From Geosiphon pyriformis uo1 (Eukaryota; Fungi; Glomeromycota), in assembly GCA_016748015.1 (NCBI GenBank), contig JAAOMT010000289.1, forward strand, positions 68,131 to 132,130: a DNA stretch of 64,000 nucleotides. Direction: 5' to 3'. Numbering within the stretch: the stretch's first letter is position 1; each line of letters starts with the position of its first letter. Positions 1 to 12,221 of this stretch are shown piece after piece. The notes beneath the pieces were generated by a model. The model was given only the letters and a program-made list of their open reading frames with translations. It searched no databases and was not told the origin of the DNA. The translations under genes and the position numbers were made by a program.

Positions 1-390
1 TATTATTTCTTGATTAAATATTCTTTTGGTTTTATCAAGATATAATTTCTGAATGTTCGACTTTTGTCCCAATTGATAGTAACAGTATGATATTAGAAGT
101 TGTTCTGTCCATTATTTTTAATTATCTTTCAAAAATTCTTCTGTTGAAACCATAATGAGTATTTTTCCAAAAGTGTTCTTTACTTTCTCTACTATTTTAT
201 CTGACCAGTTTCTTGATTGTTTTTGTGATCACTAATATGATGTACTTTTTCCTTTTTGTTTAGTGTTTTGATAACAGATTGTTTGGTAGTTGATGACAAT
301 TTCCATGTTTAATTGCTGTTGACTTAAGGCCTGAAACAATTGTTAAGCTAAGATGTGAATATAATCTGGTATTTCTATTTTCTTTGTTGT
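1..390 (-). pseudogene. N-terminal part of accessory ORF3 of element H
   Basis: Translates IHILA*QLFQALSQQQLNMEIVINYQTICYQN, similar to the ORF3 start of D (QILQLSKQLFDAIQQFSAQIEVTINRKKICYKD). Confidence 0.6.
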
Positions 391-434
391 TTTTGTCGTG
401 TATACTATGCTTTTATATACTCTTTTGGTTATTC

Positions 435-2277
435 AATTTGACATGTTTGGTTCAATAATTACAATTGATTCCAGATTTCATAGAATCTCATCTGGTTAAA
501 CTAATATTCATTGTACTACCAGTTGTGAAATATTATTGGTGAATGACAATACTATATGGTGATATGATTTTAGTCAATTACCATATGCTGCTTTGGCTAA
601 AATTTTATTGTTTTATCTTAATTTATAAGCTCTATTTCCTAGAATCTTTTCTATGTAAAATGGTTCATTTTATTTAAAGTCAAATTTTCTATTTCATTGT
701 TTTTCTACTTTGGTATGATGTAAAAGTACTTTGTCTCCAATCTTGAATTCAACTGGTTTATCTAATAGTTGGTTATCATGTCTTTCTTTCTGTTTTTCTT
801 GTGACTTTTGAATATTATCAGCTGCTCTTTACCATTTGTTTTCTAATGTTTCCATTAAGTTATATGTTTTTTTCAACAATGTTTCTTGGAAATTATCTTT
901 TGTTATTGGTTTAGTTAGATATATGTTGACTTCTGTCTCCACTAATAATGTTGCTGTTCTACTATATACTAATTCAAATAGTGTTGCTTGTGTGATGTCT
1001 TGCTTTATTTTCTAATAAGCAAATAATACTGATGGTATAAACAAATCTCATTTGTCTTAATTTTCTTGGCTGATTTTGGCAATTGCTTCACACAATGTTC
1101 TATTGAATCTTTTGACTAATCCATTGGTTTGTAGATGATATAGTGATGATAATAGTTTTTTGATTCTAAATTTTTGACTTAATTCTGCTAATGTTCTATT
1201 CACAAAGTGGGTTTCTTAGTCAAATAGTAAATTTTTTGTGCATCTATGTCAACAAATCAAATCTTGATAAGTGAATTCGGCAATGGATTCTGCATTTGCT
1301 CTTTGAATGGCTTTTGCTTCTGGCCATTTAGTAAGATAATCCATGGCTATTGCTATATATCTGTTTTTTCTGCTGGTTATTGTTAATAATCTGACTAAGT
1401 TGATTCCAATGTAATCAAATATTTGTCCTACTTTGATTGGTCTCAATGGCTTATTGAATTTTGTTCCTCTTTTTCTCTGACAAACATCCCAATTTTGAAT
1501 ATATTGAATAATGTTTGGATACATAGATGGCTAATAGTATCTTTTTCTGATTTTTTCTATGGTTGCTTTTTTATGGAAATGTCCTGCTGTTGGATCTAAA
1601 TACATATTGAATAGTATTGTTTCTTTCTCTGATTCTGTGATTACTTTAAGTGATTGGTCTGGATCCTTTCTGTTTTTTCAATATAATATATTTTAGTAAG
1701 TGATAAAGTATTTGGATTGTTGTTTTATGTTGTTCCATTTCTTTAGAGATAATTTCTCCTTAAACTATTGGGTATTAATATAGTGTTGAAGTTGTTGATA
1801 TTTTTGTGTATTTATTTTTTGTTATATTTTTGGATTGAAATGTTTTTAGATTTGTCTTATCTGCGACAAACTGTCAGTATTTCTGTTTTCTTTTCCCTTT
1901 TTGTAATGTACTGTATAATTAAATAATGAAAGTTTTATTTTCTATTTAGCATGTCAATCATTTCCAAATTCTTGCTTTTGAATTGAAATTAATCTTTTAT
2001 GGTCAATATATATGTCAAATTTTTGGCTTAAGTATTTCTTCTATTTTATGACTGTTCAATAGATTGCTAAGTGTTTTAGTGCTAAAGTTCCATAGTTTTT
2101 TTCAGTTGAACTTAAGCTGCAATTAGCATATGCTATTGGGTGTTTTCTTCCATCTGGTCTTTTTTAAAATAGTACAGCTTCTAATGCTTAATCTGATGCA
2201 TTAGTTGTGATTATGAATGACTTGCTATGATCTGAATAGATCAGTACTAGAGCTTGAATAAGCTTTCTTTTTAATGT
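435..2277 (-). pseudogene. pol RNase H + integrase of element H (many stops)
   Basis: Zn-binding and core integrase motifs, GPF-like C-terminus, tail NLESIVIIEP; RNase H region HPIAYANCSL. Confidence 0.85.
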
Positions 2278-3404
2278 TATTACAGATAAACCTGGTAGGG
2301 TATGGTGATAACATTTGGTGCTTTAATTTAGTATTCTAAAGTTGTATGTTTTTCATAGAGTTGATATTTATCAGTCTCTGAAGGTTTTTTCTGGATGAGA
2401 ATTTACCTATTGAGTTCTTTGGTTATAAGACACAGAGTTTTGGTTTTTGCTGATTGCAACTTCTTATAATGGTGAGCTTTCTTCTCCAAGCTAACAAGCA
2501 CAATTGTTAAGGTCTAGTATTGTTTTTTTGCCTTTCTGGTAAGCTATCAAGATAACGTTAATATCCAAAAACCTAAGGGAAGCTTTCCTCTTTTACTAGG
2601 CTATCACAAAGTCTATTTCCAGACAGTCAATTTTTCTATGTTGTCATTCCACAAGAGAAAAATAAAGAAAATAAAAGAAAATAAAAGAAAATAAAAAAAT
2701 AAAGAAAAGAAAATAAAAAATAAGTGTCTTGTTAATAGCCATAATCAAGAGCTATTGTGCCAACAGGTTAAATAGTGGATAATAACATGAATTTGAAGAA
2801 TTGAAGAGATATTTTATTAATATAATTATATTTCAGTTAATAGCAACTATTCTTGAAAAGAGAAGTATTTAATAATTATGGCTTGTGAGTCTAATTGACT
2901 TCTGAAAGTTTAATTTTCTCCCTAGATGTCTTTTTAATTTCTATAGCTACTCATTTTTATACATTTTTTTTGTTCTACAGAATTGTTTTCAATTGCTTCA
3001 CTATTGCTAACTATTGTTTTATTATTGCTAGCTATTGCTTGTTATTGCTAATTATTGCTCATTATTGTTAGCTATTGCTCGTTATTGCTAACTATTGCTT
3101 ATTATTGCTAGTTATTGCTCATTATTGCTAGTTATTGCTCATTATTGCTAGCTATTGTTTATTATTGCTAGCTATTGCTCATTATTGCTAACTATTGCTT
3201 ATTATTGCTAGCTATTGTTTATTATTGCTAGCTATTGTTTATTATTGTTAGCTATTGCTCATTATTGCTAGCTATTGCTTGTTATTACTAGTTATTGCTT
3301 GTGTTTGTTCTATGTTACTTCAAGTTGTAATGTGTTTTTCTTGTCACATTTCTTTGTTATGTTTTCCTATAGCTTTTTTTGGTTTTTTTTCTACTCAGAT
3401 AATA
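2278..3404 (-). repeat. 3' LTR of element A
   Basis: Aligns end to end with 4656-5631; termini mutated to TA..TA; PPT (rc TAAAAGAGAGAGATAA) at 3405-3420. Confidence 0.9.
3001..3300. repeat. 20-bp tandem array (TTATTGCTAGCTATTGCTYR, about 15 units) in the A LTR
   Basis: Directly visible 20-bp periodicity; about 8 units at 5368-5528 in the sister LTR and a similar array at about 30080-30245 in D. Confidence 0.95.
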
Positions 3405-4019
3405 TTATCTCTCTCTTTTAGAATTGAGCTTTTGTGAAATCTTCTAAATTTCTCTTTTGTTTCAATGTTGTTGCCATAATTTCTATTGCTATTTTTAAAT
3501 CTATTTTGGTATGTAAATGGTGTTTTTAAACTATAAGAGTTTGTCCAAAATATCTAATTTCAAATTCTGCATTTATATTATGTGCACATTCAGCCATAAT
3601 GCCCTTATTATTATCATTGAATTGAGTTAATTCCTGCTCTATTGTAAGATCTAGAAGCATGATATATTGTTTGGTGTTTGAAACAGAGTTTGAATTATTG
3701 TTGTTATTGTTGGTGGAGTTTGAATTATTGTTATTGTCATCAACAAAGTTTGAATTGGAATTAAGTTCCGATTTTGATTTTTGCTAATTGGCTTGTCTTT
3801 CTTGGAGTTTGAATATATGACATGTGGAAGTGAATTGTAATTCAGGGCCATCAAGTGAGTTTTGATAATTTGTTGATCAATTTTGGTATTGTTGATTCTC
3901 AAATTTTTTTTTCTTCTCTAAGTCTTTTTCGTATTGACACTTTCTCAGCACTGACTTTTGGCACTAAAGAAGGCAGTCTTCACACAGATAAGTATGAATC
4001 TGAGTAGTTTTTTTTCTGG

Positions 4020-4520
4020 AATTCTTCCAATGAGTTTTTAAATAATTGAAGTTTTGAATTTTTAGAGGTTTGATGGGTTTTATCTAAGATAAGTTTTCTT
4101 GTACAATAGCAGAATTAGACTTATCAGGTTTTGAATGTTCGGGTTTTGAATAATTGAGTCTTGAATAATTGGAATTTTAACTTTAATGAGTTTTACCAAA
4201 GATAAGTTTCTTTTTACACTAGCAGAGTTAGAATTTATTAAGTTTTGAATGTTTCGGTTTTAAACTATTGGGTCTTAAAGAATTGGAGTTTTAACAAATT
4301 TTATCAAAGGTAAGTTTCTTTATATAATAATGGGATTGGAATTATTGGGTTTCAAATAATTTTTGGAGTTTTTAATTTTAATGAGTTTTTAAACAATCAG
4401 ATCTTAAATAATTGGAGTTTTAATTTAATGAGTTTTACAAGTTTTATCAAAAATAAGTTTCGAATGTTTGGGGTTTTAATGATTGGATTTTGAATAATCG
4501 AAGTTTTAATTTAACAAGTT
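4020..4520 (-). repeat. Degenerate ~110-125 bp tandem repeat (about 4 units) inside element A
   Basis: Recurring blocks GATAAGTTTC...GAATT...GGTTTTGAA...ATTGGAGTTTTAA on the + strand. Confidence 0.7.
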
Positions 4521-4640
4521 TTTCGAAAGAAATACTAAAATAAGGATTTTGCAAATTCTAAATAATTTTTTCCTTGTTTTCTCTTGGTCTTTCACTTTTG
4601 TGAATTTTTGGGGATTTGGTCTCTGTAAATTTATAACCTT

Positions 4641-4655
4641 ACAGGGAGCACCAAA
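4641..4655 (-). promoter_or_regulatory. Primer-binding site of A (TT-TGGTGCTCCCTGT)
   Basis: Follows the LTR end TAACA on the minus strand; the same PBS core occurs in B, C and E. Confidence 0.85.
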
Positions 4656-5049
4656 TGTTATGGGTAAACTTGGTGAAGTATGGTGATAACATTTGGTGCT
4701 CTAATTTAATATTCTAGAGTTGTATGTTTTTTACAGAGTTAATGTTTATTAGTCTCTGAAGATCTTTTCTGAATGAGAATTTATCTGTTGAGTTCTTTGG
4801 TTATAAGGCACAGAGTTTTGGTTTTTGCTGATTGCAACTTCTTATAATGGTGAGCTTTTTTCTCTAAGTTAATAAGTACAATCATTAGGGTCCAGCATTG
4901 TCTTTTTGCTCTTTTGGTAAGCTATCAAGATAATGTTAATATTTAAAAACCTAAGGGAAGCTTCTCTTTTTTACCAAGCTATTACAAAATCTATTTCCAA
5001 ACAGTCGATTTTTCTATGTTGTTACTCCACAAGAAAAAAAAAAATAAAA

Positions 5050-5089
<40 letters not shown>

Positions 5090-5631
5090 AGTGTTCTGTC
5101 AATAGCCATAATTAAAAGCTATTGTGCCAGCAAGTTAAATAGTAGATAATAACATGGATTTGAAGAATTGAAGAGATATTTTATTAATATAATTTCATTT
5201 TGGTTGATAGCAACTATTTTTGAAAGGAGAAGTATTTAATAATTATGGCCTGTAAGTTTAATTAACTTCTGAAAGTCTAATTTTTTCCCTGGATGTTTTT
5301 TTAACTTCTACAGCTACTCGTTTTTATACATTTTTTTTGTTTTACAGAATTGTTTTTGATTGCTTCACTATTGCTAGCTATTGTTTTGTTATTGCTAGCT
5401 ATTGCTCATTATTGCTAGCTATTGCTCATTATTGCTAGCTATTGCTTGTTATTGCTAGCTATTGCTTGTTATTGCTAGCTATTGCTTATTATTGCTAGCT
5501 ATTGCTTGTTATTGCTAGCTATTGCTTGCATTTGTCCTATGTTACTTTGAGTTGTAATACATTTTTCTTGTCACATTTCTTTGTCACGTTTTCCCATGAC
5601 TTTTTTTGGTTTTTTTTCTACTCGGATAACA
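4656..5631 (-). repeat. 5' LTR of element A
   Basis: TGTTA...TAACA termini, adjacent PBS, TSD outside. Confidence 0.92.
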
Positions 5632-5635
5632 ATGT

Positions 5636-6190
5636 ATCAAAAGTTTTTTGCTGGTTTTCTGTCCATTCATATTTGGTGTTCTTTGTTTAGAGCTGGTGTA
5701 ATGGCTGAGCCAGTTTGGAAAAGTCTTTGATGAAATGGCAGTAGTAACTCACAAATCCCAAGAATGCTCATAGTTTGGTTAAGTTGGTAGGTACTGGAAA
5801 GTTTTTAACTATCTCAATTTTGTCTGAATCTGTCTTGATTCTGTCTTTGCTTACAATATATTCCAAAAATTTTAATTCTGTCTTGCCAAAAAAGCATTTG
5901 GTGGTATTTAACTTTAATTTGGCTCTTTTTAGTCTTTCAAATACTTGTTGAAGATAGTGTAAATGATTATTAAATGTCTTGAAGAACACATTGATATTAT
6001 TTAAGTAAACAACTACTAATTTCTACAGTAGTCTAGTATAGACAATTTTCATGTGTTGTTAAAATATGGCTGGAGTATTTATTAAGCCAAAAGGCATAAC
6101 TTTAAATACAAAATTTTTTTCTCTGGTTGTAAAAGCCATTTTTTCCTTATCTTTTGGTTTTATGGCTACTTGCCAGTAACCACTTTAGTA
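5636..6190 (-). pseudogene. Reverse transcriptase fragment of element H
   Basis: YWQVAIKPKDK..AFTT..MPFGL..VVYLNN..KCFFGKTELKFL motifs. Confidence 0.85.
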
Positions 6191-6548
6191 AATATGAATT
6201 ATTTGTAAAGTAATTAGTAAATGGAGAGGAAAAAAAATTCCAAACTAATAAGTCTTTCGTAATTATTCTTTTTCTGATTCTAATACTCTTACTATATATA
6301 TATAATTTAGGTTCTATAAGATTGCTTACATTCCTGAGCAATGTGCTATTATTTCTTGAGCAATATAAGCATTGCTAAGCAATGTGCCCTAATTTTTTAA
6401 CATTGCTCCATATTGCTGAGCAATATGCCAGAATTTCTAATATTGCTCCATATTGTTAAACAATATGCTTATGTGCTAACTACTACTTTCCTATTAGTCT
6501 ATCTGTTTTTCTACTATTTTTCTTTATATATTTTCTTTATGAGTAACA
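6191..6548 (-). repeat. Partial LTR (U3 side, E-related) joined directly to RT, implying an internal deletion
   Basis: Minus-strand start TGTTACTCATAAGAAAATAT matches the E LTR start TATTACTCATAAAAATATAAG; GCAATATG repeats are shared with 25480-25600. Confidence 0.7.
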
Positions 6549-8642
6549 GCATACAGTTTAGTTTTGTTTCTTTGAATGTGTGTCATAAGTGAGATATAAT
6601 AATTAGAAAAGATCTTAGAGCCAAGGCTGGTTTACTATGTGATTTTTCCAAGAAGGTTTTATACTATTTATTTCTATATGGTTTGAAACTTTTTGAGCAA
6701 GTGCAGTCTAAAGGAAAACTGGCTTTACTAATTTTATTCTCCAATGGCCATGATATTTTTGGACATTTATTTGATCATATAATTTTGAATTTGCAAGTTC
6801 TGAGATGGTTCCCTCTAAATTCTTTACAATTTTTTGTCAGGTTGCATATTAGTCTTGTGAACAATTTCTTGGCTGAGGTGGTAAAAATTTTGATGAATAA
6901 TAAATTGTCTTTGGTGAACAATCTGTCTAATGCTTTTTGTAGGCCTGGCAATTTTCTGATGTTTGTTATCTTGGGTCAGTCCTTGTATTATAAATCTGTT
7001 TTATTATTGAAATGGTTTAGCATCACATTTGGTAACAGGCTTATAGACAAAAAAGGGAATATGGTAGATTGAAAAATGTTTTAGCATTGGAAATAGTTGG
7101 ATCCAAAGAGCTCTGTGCCTCACTGGTTCATGTTGGTGTCTAAGTTTATGCACAATTCTGTTTCATTGGAGATTGGAACTGCTGCTGTTCTTGCTTAATG
7201 TTTTGAATTCTGGGAAGTTCTCTAATGTTTATAATAGTTTACTGGAGATATGGTTTGATTATATTAAGATCTATACAGATAGGTCCTTAAAAAGTGCTGG
7301 CTCCAAAGAAGTGGCAGATGGAGCAGCTGCTTACTTTCCAGCTGTGGATACAGATATTGGGATTAGGGTAGCTGGACTTATGTCTTCTACTTTGACTGAA
7401 TTGCAGATTGTTGCTTTGGCTTTGGAATGCATTCTGTTTTCATGCTTTGTAGTTTTGTACTTGGATAGTCAATCTGTGATCAATGCCTATATATTTGAGG
7501 CTTTTTTTACTGTGTCCAATTTTTGCAACCAATGTTAGATTGAAAGATTGCAGATAGTTAATCTTCTTAGGAATAAAGACATTTCTATTAAGTGAATAAA
7601 GATTAAGAAACATTCTGATATACCTGGCAATGTTAAAACTAATGTATTGGTTAGTAAAGCCATGTTTTTACTTTTCTTTCTGCTGGTTAGGATTCAAAAG
7701 AGGTATTTGGTTGCTGAGAAAACTGTTATGTTTGGCAATGCTCGTTACTTTGTTCATGATCTATACCAATCAATTTGCTATGTCTATTGGGAAGCTGGTC
7801 TTGGTTTTGATATAATTTCTGGTATTTTGGTTAATAAAATTGAGTAGAAAACTACCACAGAGATTTGACACCCTAATTTACACATGTTTTCTGAGTTTAG
7901 TAGCAGAAAGTTGGCCAAAAAAAAATTGTATAACAGGAGTTATTCTGGAGTGTTGTGCTTGTTATGTGATGAAATAGAATTATTTAACCATGTTTTTATT
8001 TGTTCTGGTAACTCTGGTTTTCGTGAAAACATTCTGGTTAAAGCTATTAGTAAATAGATATTGTTATTTGGTATTTCATGCTTGTTTGCTTCTGCTATTT
8101 TGCAGTCACTTTCTATGTGTTTTTCAAATGTGAGTTTGTATACAGCTATTTACAAGGACTTTGTGTTAAGAAATTGGTATGCTAAGACTGTTTTGGTTTT
8201 AAGAAGAAGAGAAAAGCTGCTCTTGCTCTTGTGGAGTTCAGTAGATTTGTGATAGAGTTGTACTATGTCAAAATATGAGCTGTCAGAACCAAACATAGAA
8301 TGGATATAAAAAAGGCTGGCTTAGTTGGAGATAATGATATGGTTTCAGGTTTGTCTTATTGTTTAGTTTCTATGTTGTTGGTTGGAGTTGTCTGTATGCT
8401 TGGAATTATGAAATCTTTTGCTATTAAATTTAGTAGGTACAAATTGTGTTATTTTTTCTCTGGTTTAAGTGGTGATACATTTGTTAACATAGACATATAG
8501 TGTTGTCTTGTCTGATCTGAGTGGCTGGTCATATGTAATAAGTGCATAGGTTGTATTTAGTTAGTTTCTCTTAATTTGGTCCTATGTACTAGATAGTAAT
8601 TGGGCTTTACTTGTTAAACTTGTAATAAAAAAATAAAAAAAA
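6549..8642 (+). mobile_element. 3' part of a decayed LINE with RNase H, C-terminal Cys/His motif and A-rich tail
   Basis: IYTDRSL..ELQIVALAL..LDSQS and KKHSDIPGNVKTN (RNase H); CLLCDEIELFNHVFIC near 7950-8000; A-rich tail at 8624-8642. Confidence 0.85.
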
Positions 8643-9547
8643 TACAAATGTAATTTGTTTTTAAAAATATGTATAATAAATAAAATTATATAAAACTGTT
8701 TTATTTAAAAATTTTTAAGTGTTATTTTTTAAAATTGTTTAAGAAAATACAAATTAAAAGCAAAATTACAACAGTTTTAAAGTTTTTAAATATTAATCAT
8801 ATGTTTGCAATTTGCTAAGAAATATTTAAAATATCAATTGTAAAGAAAATACTTTAAAATCAGAAATTAAGTAGTATGTTTATATTATTAACAATATTTT
8901 TAATCTTATTCTTCTGGTCAAACAACTTGACATGTTAATTCAAAAATTAACTTTTTGTCTATTCTTTCAATTATTTTTCTTTGAAAGTCCAAAACTTGAC
9001 CACTCTGTAATACAAAGTAAGCATTATAACTTTTTTAACGACTTAAAAAAATGATTCTTAATAGATTTACCATCATTGAAGCAAATAATGTGTTACATGT
9101 TTTTCTTTTTAGACCAAGACTTTAAATATGTTTAACAGATCTTTGAAACACAAAAATGTGTTAATAACATATCGTGTTGACATTTTTTATAATAGAAATC
9201 CTTGGAAAGAAATAGTGCTGATTTGCAGTGTTTTTAACAACGGTTGGTTGCCCATATATTATACCCAAATCTTGCGGTGGTATACCCAAAATAAAAAAAA
9301 TTCAATTCTTTAGAACAGCAAGGTAAAACGATACGATACGATAGAATATGGAAAAACAAGATTTTTTTATGAGTTGACTTTTTTTGGCAGCTTGCTATTC
9401 CCATTATTGAGAAATTGAACTGTTGTCGGACAAAAAAAAACTACAATCTACAAACTTAAATAGATAATGTAATTTTAAGAATTCCAAAAGCCTTCCTAAA
9501 ACCTTTACGCGTCTTTCCAAGTTTAAACTTTTTTTTAAACTCGGACT

Positions 9548-10362
9548 CTAGGTTCGAGTAAATTCTAGAATTAAATGAACTTCACCATGGCTGCTTAACC
9601 CGAAAAGAGCAGGTAATTTGAACCAACGATCTACACGTCCTTTCTCAAACACTTCTTCTAGGTCAACTTTGGCGGAGCCAATCTATGATCAAAAATTCCA
9701 AAGCAAAAGTTAAAATTTTAAACTGTCATATAAATTTTCAATTTTCATAAGTGAAACAAAATTTCCAACATACTGTATCATCAGGTGTCGCAACATCTTC
9801 ATCGAGAACTCTGATATGAAGTGTTCTTTTGCGTTGATTATGAATATTGCTATAATTTCCAAAGGGGCCAAAAATTTTTATGAATAAATCAGACAAGAAA
9901 CTTAAACATGTGAAATTCGCAGGAATTACTTACAATTTTAGATTCTCATTCCAAACGGGATTGAGCGAATTATCTATGGTCTTGGTTCGATTTTTGTATT
10001 TCTCGTCGATCCAAAGTTCTACATATGGGTCACTTTTGCCTAGGTTCAAGAAAAAAGATATGGTGCATAAATCAAACTTTTGTTTTTTTTTTAAATTGTG
10101 TAAGATGAAGTGAATTACTTACTTAGGACATCTTTGTTTGATAAACTTCTTGCTTCAACTATAAATTGGAAAAGGAAAAGGAAAAGGAAAAGGAAAAGGA
10201 AAAGGAAAAAGGAAATCAAATATTATAGTTATCAGAAATCGAATTAAATTAGTCGAGATTATGATAATAATTTAAAATGATTAATTACTTACCAACATTA
10301 ACACTCAATTCTCCACCACTACCTTTTGATCCTCCTAAAAGAGTTGATACTTTGGAAAACAT
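9548..10362 (-). CDS. Small single C2-domain protein (5 exons)
   Basis: GT-AG splicing gives MFSKVSTLLGG..LSVNVVEARSLSNKDVLSKSDPYVELW..RTKTIDNSLNPVWNENLKF..LHIRVLDEDVATPDDTIGSAKVDL..GEVHLILEFTRT*, a typical C2 pattern with acidic Ca2+ loops. Confidence 0.9.
10168..10213. repeat. (GAAAAG)n microsatellite in intron 1 of the C2 gene
   Basis: Directly visible. Confidence 0.9.
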
Positions 10363-11398
10363 TGTTCAAAAAATCTAATTATTGTTTGTCAAGTATTAAT
10401 TTATTGTGTGTCAAGTATTGATTATATGTCAAAGTAGTAATTGTGCGTATATATATATATATGCGAAATGAATTTATTTTGCATTTTGCGAATATATGGC
10501 CATATATATCATAAATTTTTAAGTTCACCAAATGATATATTACAAGAAACATCATGTTAACGTCAAAATTACACATATTACATTATCAAAATATGTCATC
10601 AAAGATCCGAATTATATTTTAGTCCTATTAGAAATTTGATCTTTTCCCAAAGAATCTAATGACGTTTTTTTAGCTTCAGAGTTTGAATGAGAATGCTATA
10701 TATTTACTTTTGGTTATAAAAATGAAATGTGAAATTTATAAAATGATAAATATTTTTCAATTTAGCAGGAAAATATTAAATATAAATAATGATTTTAATA
10801 ATTAACTGTATTCAAAAATTATAAAAATTTATTATACAATATATTATATATTAATGTTAATATCAAATATCAAATATCAATATCAATATCAATATCAATA
10901 TTAATATCAATATCGATTTCGATATTGATTTTCCAAGAAAATTATTAAATGAATAAAATGTTATATTACATTAAATAAAAAAATTAATTTTTTTTAAAAA
11001 AAACTATAATTAAATATATTTAGTTCATTTTATTTATAAGATAAAATTATTGAATAAAAATCTAAAATATTTTTGAATTTATTTTAAAATTTTGTGTACC
11101 CAACATTTTATCAATTATTTTATAATATAATACAGTACAGAACATTAAAGTATATCAAATATATATTTTGTTAATTACAACAACAAAAAATGTTTTTTTT
11201 TTGAATTTTTAAATGTAATTATATATAATTAATAATTTTTATTAAATACTATTATGATTAATTAATTAATATTAACACTTTTTTTTAATTAGCTTTAAAT
11301 GTATAAATTTATTAATTATAAATTAATTTTTTATTGTTTATATAAAATATTATATTATTTAAAAATGAAAATTAAATATAATGCATTTAAATATTTAG

Positions 11399-11400
<2 letters not shown>

Positions 11401-11430
<30 letters not shown>

Positions 11431-11453
11431 TATTATTATTATTATTATTATTA
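11401..11453. repeat. (AAT)10(TAT)~8 self-complementary microsatellite
   Basis: Directly visible. Confidence 0.9.
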
Positions 11454-11581
11454 TTTATTGTATAATTACAATTTAAAAATATAGTTGCAAACTAGTATAA
11501 TATTAAAAGTAATTACTAATTTAATGAAATCATTTGGAAATTAAAGAGCATCCATTTTTGGGTAAAATCAAACCCACAAGT

Positions 11582-12169
11582 TTAATGATGCTTTTCCATA
11601 ATATTTTTTTCAATAGCGTCCAAGATAGTATTCACAGCCTTTTCAATATTCTGATCAATTGGAAAATCATCATCGTTTTCAAGTACCACCAAATCATCAA
11701 GAACAATGCCACGTTCCCGACGGCCAGAATATAAATGATCGTGAAATTTGAGATAATTTGGCCATACGATATTATCAAAATAGTTTGGTGGATCGACCCA
11801 ATAGCCTGGTACTCATCATCACCAAACAAACAAACAAACAAACAAACAGACAGACAAATAAACAAATAAACAAAAAAAATTATATGAGTATAAGGAAATA
11901 TAAGAATATTGGAATTCTTAAAAAAAGTTTATTATCCATTTACCTTCTAGAGTGACATAACCCTCACGAATCTCCCTACGTCGTTTCAAAGTATCATAAT
12001 TTGTTTGAACCAAAAATTTTATATCTAGCTCCTTCATAATTTGTTCATCCCAATATAACAAAAATCCATCAACAATCACAAAGACCCACTCGTCATTCAT
12101 GTCATTTACAAAATTTTTGGTCGATTGATTACGCGAAACGAATTCATCATCATCATTATCATCATCATT

Positions 12170-12221
<52 letters not shown>

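Larger units (their letters stand above)
2278..5631 (-). mobile_element. Element A: non-autonomous LTR retrotransposon (3.35 kb; 1.25 kb internal region without RT/INT)
   Basis: Two homologous LTRs (2278-3404, 4656-5631), TSD ATGT at 2274-2277 and 5632-5635, PBS next to the right LTR, PPT next to the left LTR. Confidence 0.9.
1..6548 (-). mobile_element. Decayed Ty3/Gypsy element H (ORF3 start, integrase, RNase H, RT, partial 5' LTR), interrupted by element A; runs off the left edge
   Basis: Integrase (ORF 1249..1524, GINLV..DYLTKWPEAKAI) and RT (5768..5989) fragments. Removing A plus one ATGT copy rejoins the frame QQKTFDTLKRKLIQALVLIYSDHSKSFIITTNASD. Confidence 0.85.

Noticed and set aside
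3001-3300. CRISPR-like array
   Set aside because: Contiguous 20-mers with no unique spacers, eukaryotic context, no cas genes.
3255-3437. Hydrophobic ORFs in LTRs (also 5502, 30134, 43020, 52118) as Env or membrane peptides
   Set aside because: They are antisense translations of T-rich U3 tandem repeats, differ between sister LTRs and start at TTG rather than ATG.
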